Shown piece by piece: positions 52,704-64,000 of a DNA stretch of 64,000 bases (positions are counted from its first letter, which is position 1; each line of letters opens with the position of its first letter). Made by a program: the position numbers and the translations under genes. Under the pieces are notes generated by a model that saw nothing but the letters and a program-made list of their open reading frames with translations, was not told the DNA's origin and made no database searches. The stretch comes from Chlorokybus atmophyticus (Eukaryota; Plantae; Mesostigma and Chlorokybus algae). Where the stretch lies: NCBI GenBank assembly GCA_009103225.1, contig RHPI01000638.1, positions 372,001 through 436,000 on the forward strand. The letters run 5' to 3'.

Positions 52704-53031
52704 GCGGGAAAACGCAGTGGCGGGAAACACAGCTGTTTGATTTGGTTTTGCCGCCACCGCCGTCGCCGCAGTAGCAGCAGCAGCGGTGGATAGCTGCGAA
52801 TAGCATTGCTGTCGGGAGGGGGAGGCCAGAAGGCTAACTTGCATACGTAGCTGTCAAGCATGGAGACGGCGAGCGCCACCGCCATGGTGAACGGCGCCAT
52901 GCTAGCGCAGCATGTCGGCAAGAAGGTAAGCAACGCACGAGAGGGATATCGTTTGAAGCAATGCCTGTTTGAGGCCATGTTTGCTCTTGTACAAGGCGCC
53001 TGTGTGAGCATATGCTCTAGTTCGCGCGAAA
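52704..53031. promoter_or_regulatory. Four E2F-consensus sites around the RPA3 start
   Basis: GCGGGAAA at 52704-52711 and 52720-52727, TTTGCCGC at 52747-52754, and GCGCGAAA (reverse of TTTCGCGC) at 53024-53031 in intron 1. Confidence 0.65.
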
Positions 53032-53626
53032 GTTAATCAAATGATCACTGACGCAAGTACGCTAGTCATCAAGCATTCAAAGCGTTGGCGGTTGCACGTC
53101 ATGCCTTGTTTATCGTCCAAGACAGCAATTGCTGTCTTGGACGAAATTCAATCGACATGCTTGTTTTGGTTCAAGTCCAATGCTGGCATGTGTGTCCTTG
53201 TGTAGGTGAGGGTGGTTGTGAAGGTGAAGAGCTTTGATAACGGAAGATGTGCGTGCGAAGCGGCGGACGGGCAGGAGGTGTTTGTGCGCCTGGCGCCCGG
53301 CACAAGTCACTACGACACGCCGTTTGTGGAGATTCAGGGCACAGTGCAGGTGACTATCACTTGAAGCTTGCGTGCTTGTGTTGGTTGTGTGTTGCTTGAC
53401 CGGAATGGTCATGTGCTTGGCAGGACCCTCACACTGTCGAAGAGGAGTTTCACACTCCGTTTGGGCATAACTTTGGTGAGTTGCTTTCAAGTGCATGCCT
53501 GCACATATTGTCGTGCGCTAATGAGTATACTTTGATCACGTTTTCCAATGTGTTGATGCAGAATTGAGCACTTATAACAAGTTGCTGGAGCTGGCGAACA
53601 ACAACTATAAGCAGTTATTCCTATGA
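52860..53626 (+). CDS. RPA3: Replication protein A 14-kDa subunit, 4 exons
   Basis: METASATAMVNGAMLAQHVGKK|VRVVVKVKSFD...EAADGQEVFVRL...TPFVEIQGTVQ|DPHTVEEEFHTPFGHNF|ELSTYNKLLELANNNYKQLFL-stop. Matches the RPA14 OB-fold pattern. Confidence 0.85.
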
Positions 53627-55976
53627 TGATGGACCTGCAATTGTTGTCCTGCAGTTTTTGCATTGTATAGTACATTTGTTCAATAACACAGTAGTACCTC
53701 TGCCAGCTTTGGTATTGTTTGGATGCACAAGGCTGATCTGCAATGAGTGATCTGAGCAGTTCGAAAGAGTGTGACGACTTGAACACAAACACCAACCCAA
53801 CCACCCAACGCCACCACCGACGCCTAACCGTCAGCAGCGACACTGCGCAACGCAGGGCTGACAGTGCTGGCAGTCGCCCTGCATGCGTGTGGCAGAGGGA
53901 CACAGGGCAGAGGGGCGGGGCAGAGGGGCCCTGCCACATCAGCAGCGCCGAGGGTTGCGAGTCGCAGCGACCGCGGCCGATAAGAAGAGAAGGAGGAGCA
54001 GAGGGAGAGGCGGAGGAGGGACAGGAGCAGGAGGGGGAGGAAGACAGAAAGGGAGACAGAGGGGAGGGAGGAAGGGAGAGGGAGGGGAAGGAAACTCATG
54101 GGCTGGCTGCTGACTGCATTGCTACTGCTGCACCGCTACATCTGCTGACTACCGATGTTAACGCTGCCCTGGTCGTGTTGTACAGGTAATTACACGTGCA
54201 TGCATGTGTGTTGCACGGGGTATGGGCAGTAGTAAAGGTAGATAAGTAGTGAACTTGGACATCCCGGTGGTGAATGTAAGAGTGCGATGGTGTAGTGTGC
54301 GGACTGCATGCATGTTTGCTACATTCTCATGCATGCCACAATCCTTGCATACTATATTATACACTTCCAGCACTACATGACATGGTAAAATCATAGGGGT
54401 ACGTGCCTGATGCTCGTGTGTCCTTGGCAAGTCATGCACTGATCAATACTAAGCACCAGCTGAGTTTAGGACTGCGGCAACACTTGGACTTGCATGACCA
54501 TCTTGATAGTAGTGCAAATACTGTCCCAAAATGCATCTACCCTGTTGCCATCACGTTACCAACCTCCTTGAGGACTCGCACAAACTCATCAACACATACA
54601 TTGTTCCATCATTGCTACAAGGAGCCTTTCGTATAGACCACCTTTGAAGTAGTGACCATGTGTATATGAAGCCTCACTATCTATAACAAGGCGTTATCAT
54701 AACGCATCGGCTTCTTGTAATGGCAGGATCTTTACAACATAAGCTGTGTGATAATGTTATGCAATGACAACCGAGCATTACACCTGAACTACATTTGTTA
54801 GTGGTGCTTGCGAAAACCACTTGCGTAATCAGATGCGAGGCCTAAGTATTGGGAGTCAATTAGCCAATGTGCCCTTCAAGGTTATTGCTATGACGCTCAG
54901 CATAAGTAACAATTACTCGCAGAAGGAGGTAGACAAGTGTGTTATTGACTTTAAGAGGTGTAGTTGAGTGCAAGGTAGGGCTGGATTCCAACAACAAACC
55001 AATACCAATAATCATTACAATGTTGTGAATACTTTGTTGATCCAACAATATTTTGCTATAGCAAACACATCATGCTCTACTCTATATTATACATGCAACG
55101 ACGACCAAACCGTGAACAAAAAGTACGTAGAAGTTGCTGTATGGTACATGGTTAAGATTACGGTTATGACTACTTACCTCAACTTTGACCGTAAAACACT
55201 CTCAACTCAAACCCACCACCGTTATATGCAGCACGATTATTACACGTTTAGACATTTGTAATGTCAACTTAGCAAGTATGTTCATTATTAACATACTATT
55301 ATGTGTAAAACGTTACAAATATCGCGTTACAAAACACACAAAATGTTGACCGAACGAATAAAGAACGTTCCTGTAACAAATCCATTCGACGAATATGATT
55401 GTTCGGCCCCAAGCCTAGTGCAAGGCTGTATTGTCAACATCTTTAAAGTCCATCCACACTTAAGATTGCAATTTAATGCAACCTTCTCACCATTCGGAAA
55501 ACAAAAAGTAAGGCCTACATGAGCAACACATGTCTTATCTTTGGAAAATGGCTGACCACAGCCCCAATGGTAAAATCTTCAGAAGTGAATCATAAGGTAC
55601 GTATGAGTATGATCTGCATTCAGAAGCTGACTCAAGTTGCCCGCAACATATCACCTCTATTTTACCAGATACCAGTCAGGCAAGCCTTATATGCTTTCGA
55701 CAGCAAGAAATGATAATGATGAGCATGTATGAGCATGCAATGATTACCCTTTGTGTGCTTTTATGGGCCTCGCAGTCCTAATGAAGCGAAGATGATATTT
55801 GGGGAGCCGATAAGGCAGCGAACAGAATGCCCGCCACGTAGTGGGCTGCTGGCCAATAGTCTCAAGTTCATCTCGGTTAGACTTATGTATGCCGGTTAAC
55901 GGCAAACCAGGCAACCAAAGCCGAGGTTCTCAAGCTCACGGTGCCAGCTGGCACGACAGCAGCGGCGTTGGCGGCA

Positions 55977-58221
55977 ATGGCGGCGTCCGTATCGTCCTTC
56001 ACGTCCCAGGCGGTGTCCAGCGAGAGCAGCTCGCTGAAGACGTCGCCATTCCTGTCAGGGCAGAAGAAGCAACTTCGCCGCTCGGCGCCGAAGGCTGCCA
56101 GCAAGCAATGCGCCGCTTCTCTCCCCGTGCAGGCCTCCGCCGGCGGACCTTCCGCCTGGTTGGAGACCGCCAAGAAATCCGCTGTTGCCGCCGCCGCAGC
56201 TGCCACCCTCGCCTTGGCCCCCGTCCAGGACTTGGCTCTGGCCAATGAGGTCAGTGTTGGGGCCAGGCTACATGGCAGCATGCGTGGGCAGCCAGCTGTT
56301 CGCGTGTGCTTCAGCTTGCTTGCACACGAGCCAAGGGCTTCTGCTCTGGCTTCATGCTATTATCTGTTCAACAAACCAAGCACTAGCACCAGGCCTGCAC
56401 GTTGTTTCAGCTGGTGGATGCGCGCAGTGCCATACACCTTGGCGCTGGTCTGCTGTGTGTTAGTTCACGCAATGCAGTGTTGGTGTCCTCAGACGGCATG
56501 GCAAGACATTCATGCTCTTGCAACCCAACTGCCTATCGATTGAGTTGGTTCAGGGATCTCCTTGTCGCCAGGGCGTGTACACTTCAATATTGGTCAACAG
56601 ATCCGGATGTTGAGTTCTTCATAGGCTCAATGTATGCGAAGGTTGCATGCATTGTGTACATGGCGCTCCAATGCAATCATTGCAGAAAGCTTGCACATTG
56701 CACAAAACACGCACTCATGGGCAGCACATGTGTGCAAGTACGCCCTGTGTGACAACTTCTTGCCAGTTGCTGCGAGGGTGTACAAAACGATGCAGTGGTA
56801 TAAGGAGCGAATGTCCATTGTGTGTGTCCAGGTGGACATTCTTGCAGATCCCGTGCCAACCAAGGGTTACATCATTGATGATGCGCGCGTTGTTAACCGC
56901 ACCAGCGCTAAGGAGCTCAATGAAAAGCTGGCGTCTCTCGAAAAGGAGACCGGTTACCGTGTGAACATCGTCACAGTGCGCAAGCTGGAGTTCTCTGCGG
57001 ACGCTGTTGACTTTGCTGATCGCGTGTTGGAGAAGTGGTGAGTCGTGTGGGCAAGGGCTTGTAGGTCCTGTACACAATAAGTGTGGCGAGTACCATGTCA
57101 AGCTGTGGTATGTGCACCTGATCATGAAGAGCATGCATTGCAGAGCACCTTCATACATCTGTCACAGTGTGCGGCTACAGTATGTTGGCATAAGTCATAA
57201 GGAGCTACGTTACACATAGAAGCACACAACAGTCCAGGTTGTCTCGCAACACTCATACATGTCTTTGTTACTTGGCACGCATCAGTTCACAGTTGTATCG
57301 CACAGTATGCGTCAAAGTGTGAGATAGTTGCTAGATACCGCATCAGGTTCCTTGTAGCAGGTCTATTGGCAATTGGTGTTTGCTTATGCAGGCGCCGTAT
57401 TGCCTACAGTTCGTAGTTGTGATGGGCTGTAATCAGTGAGAGGCTTAATTAATGTACTGCCCGCAGTACATGCTGGTTAAGTCAGTCATTGCATCAAGCC
57501 TTCTGTCGTCTATGTCCTCATTGTGTCTGTCCGGCTTAGCCAAGGGGGGGCTTGCAAGTGCCGCGCATCGCTGTCGGCCAATTGGTTGCTGCAGACATTT
57601 ACTAGTCAAGCACCCACGACCTCTCTTGTTGCATGATTACGCATGACAAATCAGATTTACAACGCATTTGTGCACAGGTACCCCACTCCCGAGCTTGGTG
57701 ACAAGAAGTCTGTTCTGCTGTTGGTGACCACAGCAAAGGAGGGCGCCCTGACTGGCGGTCCATCTTTTAACGATGCCGTCGGCGATACCCTTTCGGACTC
57801 CATTGGCACCGACAACATCCCCATCTATTCTGCGGATGAGAAGTACAATGAAGCCCTGATGTAAGTGAATAGCTCAAAGATCATTAGCATAGTCATTGAC
57901 ATCAATGCTCATTACGATGGAGGCACCCTGTCACGGCATTCCACTTGCATATTGTCAGTTCAGCAATACTGACATGAGCTTCTTGGGTTGGATTTTTTGG
58001 GCAGTTCTTCCGTCAAGCGTATTGCGGCCAAGCTTGAGGGACAGGCTGACCCGGGTGCTCCGATAAAGAATGACGCCAGGCCAGCCAGCAATTTCAAGAC
58101 CAAGGAGGAGACAACTGAGAAGCGCGGCCAGTTCTCGTCTGTGGTCATTGGTCTGCTTGTGATTTCGTTCATTGTGCCTATGGTTCAGTACTATGCATAC
58201 GTTGCGAAGCCCAAAGATTAG
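55977..58221 (+). CDS. PSB32: Thylakoid lumen TPM-domain protein (TLP18.3/Psb32, PSII repair), 4 exons
   Basis: Bipartite transit peptide (...AAAAAATLALAPVQDLALA-NE); GYIIDDARVVNRTSAKELNEKLASLEKETGYRVNIVTVRKL; SVLLLVTTAKEGALTGGPSF; EKYNEA; C-terminal helix FSSVVIGLLVISFIVPMVQYYAY. Confidence 0.9.
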
Positions 58222-58779
58222 GTTACATACTCTACTGCCTACTGCAGCTAAGTTGTCTTTTATTGTACTACCCGCGTCCACACCATGCATCCCAGCCACA
58301 CAACTTACAATGTTTTAGCATGACAGTGAAAATGTTGCTTCGTGTTGGTGGCCTCCGCCATGTTGCTGGTTGGGAACCTTGCAAGCATTGCTGGGCTGTG
58401 TATAGGATATGCAAGGTGCAGTTGGCATGCGCATGCAAGCGCAACATCTAACACCAACACTACAATCACTGTATTGCGCATATTACACTAGCTGAGTTCA
58501 CCACCACTGGGCTATCACGGTACTCTATCACTGCCCACTTACCCTACCACTAGAGGCTTCCCCCCCCCCCCCNNNNNNNNNNNNNNNNNNNNNNNNNNNN
58601 NNNNNNNNNNNNNNNNNNNNNNNNNNNNNNNNNNNNNNNNNNNNNNNNNNNNNNNNNNNNNNNNNNNNNNNNNNNNCCCCCTCCATTAGACATGCAACTC
58701 TGATAAACTTTGCCACGCATGCGCAAACATGCAAACACTCCAGCCAGCATACAGGCAGCATTGTTTATCTATATGCACT

Positions 58780-61000
<2,221 letters not shown>

Positions 61001-61220
61001 AAGTGTACACGGAAACAATTGACCCTGGCCCGCATGTCTCAGCAGTCACAGCTGGGCAGCTAATGCTGAGGCATATACCAATATAAATCACAAGAATGGA
61101 CAGATACCAGCTCTTGCAGACAGCAACCGTTGCTGCTCTGAGTCAGTTCTAGACTCAACAGCTGCAACCTGCCAGAAGACACGTACAAACCTACACGAAT
61201 AGACAATCAACCTCACAACA

Positions 61221-63278
61221 CTACGATGGTTCTGGTTTTTCTCTCAAGTACTGTGGGACTACATTTAACAACAGGAAAATGAACAGGTTGTAGTGCCAGA
61301 AGGCAAAATTGGCTCCAGCCACAGCCTGTGCAAAAATGACAGTGTTGGTTTCCCTTACACGAAGCAGCTATGTTGGCCCGCAGATTACTGCAAGATGGCG
61401 AGCGCTTACCTGGTGAGGCCAGCCAAGGGCCCTGCTCGCCTGGAGCCACTTGTAGAGGGTGATGAGACGATATGAGTTGAAGGCAATGGGACAGAGAAGG
61501 CGCACCAATATCGCCATGTTGCGATGGTATTGGAGCTGCTCAAGCTGCACCTATTGACACAACAACATCAACATGTTAGGCGTACCCTTGGCAATAGTAT
61601 ACCTAGCAGACCACCAATGCATCACGATTGCACTGGCCATGCACTGCGAAATACCTGCACCAGCAGCAGGAACAAGTGTGGTGCTACGGCATATAGCGCA
61701 GCCCATCGGTCCATGGGTGAAAGAGGATTGAACACTACTAGTAGCACCGGAAATAATAGCCCCAACACAGCAGCCAAGCGCACATACACAATCATGGCTG
61801 CCTGACAGCACCAAAGGGTCAGTAACCCACAGATCACATATGCGCATAGTCAGATTGTCAGCTGCATACACCTCAGCAGGACAGCTGCATTGCCAAAGCC
61901 CGCTCACAGCATTGAGTGTTCACAGCAGGTACGTGTGCGATGTACTCTGTACAGCACTCACAGTAGGTTCCACCAGGCTGATGGGTTTCCTGTCACGGTT
62001 GGCGGCATTTCCATCAAATCGAAACCGATTGGCCAACAGAAGGTAAGCGCCTGTGGCGCCTGCAAACACCACGTGCTCCGCTGCTACAGCCTGCGCACAA
62101 GTGCCTAGTTGCGCCAACTTGGCGGCAGTAACACAAGCTGGCCCAGAGTTACACTGGACACTGATGCTTGAAACGGTGGATATGTGTTTGTTGGCCACTT
62201 TTCGTGTACCACATGGAGACAACTTAGCACAAACCCATGCATGGCTGCAGGCCATTGCATGCTGCTCACAGTTGGATCCGTATCAAAGCTCGAGGCAGTG
62301 TGTACCAACACAGATTTCTGTGTAACAGCTGGTTGTGGCAAAGCCACACTGCCCTAATCGCCCGATAGCAAGGTGGCATTTTAATTTGCAGCGTACCTGG
62401 AAAAGGAGAGGCAACGACACTGTGGCACCCGCAAGTGCAATCTGAAGAATCCATTTGAAAATGCCGGTCTGCATTGACGCGCAGAAATTAACAGATAGCA
62501 CGCAGCACTGTACTCCACCGGGAACATGACACGTGTCCATCAGTCCCACCACTAGTTAATTGTGTACATATACATTTTGGTATCAGGGAGACACGCATGC
62601 ACGGTCACGCACGCATGCATTGATAAGTGTTAAAGCGTATACATGGCCACAGCACATTCATGCACACCAAGGAGGCGTGCATGAAGCAACTGCAGCGCGC
62701 TGTGACAAAGCTGCTACTTTGTCACATGATGCCAAGGTCTTGACTACATGCACGCCAGCTTGGAAGCAAGTAAGAAAGGGTGAGCACGTTGAGGCAGCAT
62801 GCATAGTTGTTGAGAGGCAGTCTCACGCAGCTACTTTGGGGACCGAGTTCTGCAGCTGGCAATGACTGTGTGCGATTGTAGAATGACACGCCGAGTAATG
62901 TACTTAAGAAGGCAAGCATACCTGTGGCAGTGCGGCCATGCCACCACGTGTAGTCGAGCTGGTGCTTGCCTCCTCGGCACTGGCTGGAGAGGAGGAGGAG
63001 GAGGAGGAGGAAGAAGAAGACGAGGAGGAGGAGGCAGAAGAAGATGCTACTACACAGCGTTTTCGCAGTTTTGGCCGAGGCCTTTGCCTGCCTACGAACG
63101 CGGGACGGGCAATGCCAGCTGCTCCTGCTTCAGCACCAGGCCGTCTGCAAGAATAACAGGCAGCACCAGCACCAGCACCAGCAGCACCTGCACCTGCAGC
63201 AGCTGGGCCCCGCAGTGCGGCGGCGGTGCTGCAAGACGGCGCAAGGAGCAGCACCGGCGCCGGCCGAGCACCAACCAT
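61221..63278 (-). CDS. Plastid-targeted multi-pass membrane protein resembling an uncharacterised plant family (PHLFLL motif), about 6 exons
   Basis: Transit-like exon 1 (MVGARPAP...RKRCVVASSS); TGIFKWILQIALAG; EHVVFAGATGAYLLLANRF; VLGLLFPVLL...AVAPHLFLLLVQ; LVRLLCPIAFNSYRLITLYKWL; AVAGANFAFWHYNLFIFLLLNVVPQYLREKPEPS-stop. Canonical splice sites. Confidence 0.75.
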
Positions 63279-63465
63279 GTCCACGGCAACTGAACGCTTT
63301 AACAAGCACGCGTTTGTCCACGACGACGACAGCGCTGCTGCCGCCGCCAACCACCTCGGCTACCCTAAGGAATCCATTGATGCTGCAGCAGGCAAAGCAG
63401 CGATAAATCACGAAACGGAAGAAAGAGCAAAAAGTGAGTGGGAAGCAAGCTTAGAGCGAGGCAGC

Positions 63466-64000
63466 ATGGCGACCATGGGGGCGGCAGCGTCGATGGCGTC
63501 GTTGCCGCCGGAGTGCCTGGCTGCGGTGCTTGTGCGACTGGACGCCGTGTCGCTGCTGCGCCTCGAAGCCACCTGCAAGTGGCTCCGTCAGCAGGCGAGT
63601 TTTAGATTGGTTCCTTGTTTGCTTCCACCCTTTCGTCCCTTGCTTGCTTGCTTGTCAAGAAGCAGCTGTTGCTGAGCGTTAGCAAGTGGGTCTCTGGTGT
63701 TGATCACCAAGGCTGACAGTTCGCGTGCAGCTTGCGAGCGTGTGTTTTGTGCCAGGCGCTGCGGAAGTGTTGACTCGCCTAAGCTTGTTGCCAGGTGCAA
63801 GACAGTTCGCTATGGCGTACGCTGGCTGTGCACCACTTTGGCACAGCTGTGTTGGAAGGCAGGTACGACGCATTCTCAGCTGCATGTTCACAACTACAAC
63901 AATCGCAGATGAACTGGCATGCATGGCATCAATGTCGTTGGAGTTCTGTGCACAAGTCGTCTATAGTGGTAGAAGGCTTTGAAGTATGCTCAGCAAGCTT
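63466..64000 (+). CDS. F-box protein, 5' part (start could be 63277, 63466, 63475 or 63493)
   Basis: SLPPECLAAVLVRLDAVSLLRLEATCKWLRQ is an F-box consensus (LP.E....I...L....L......CK.W). Confidence 0.75.

Noticed and set aside
53743-54189. Purine-rich ORFs with an apparent signal peptide on the minus strand
   Set aside because: Explained by a GA-rich low-complexity tract, with no supporting exons.

Overview
Eukaryotic nuclear DNA from a green-lineage photosynthetic organism (intron-rich, GC near 50%, plastid-targeted products). All gene models and alignments were read by eye. The left ~27 kb is a dynamic accessory region. It holds an array of an unrecognised gene family built as head-to-head paralog pairs: one intact copy of about 360 aa with C-terminal membrane helices, one 3' end running off the window, two frameshifted pseudogenes, one internally deleted copy and two 5' fragments. 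It also holds decayed repeats, a probable LINE relic and many copy-specific palindromes. The right ~37 kb is ordinary gene space: CSN8, an atypical E2F (DEL/E2F7-8 type), a ~44-exon giant coiled-coil gene, an ARIADNE RBR E3 ligase, RPA3, TLP18.3/Psb32, a plastid multi-pass membrane protein and the start of an F-box gene. E2F-consensus sites cluster in front of DEL and RPA3. No rRNA, tRNA or CRISPR is supported.
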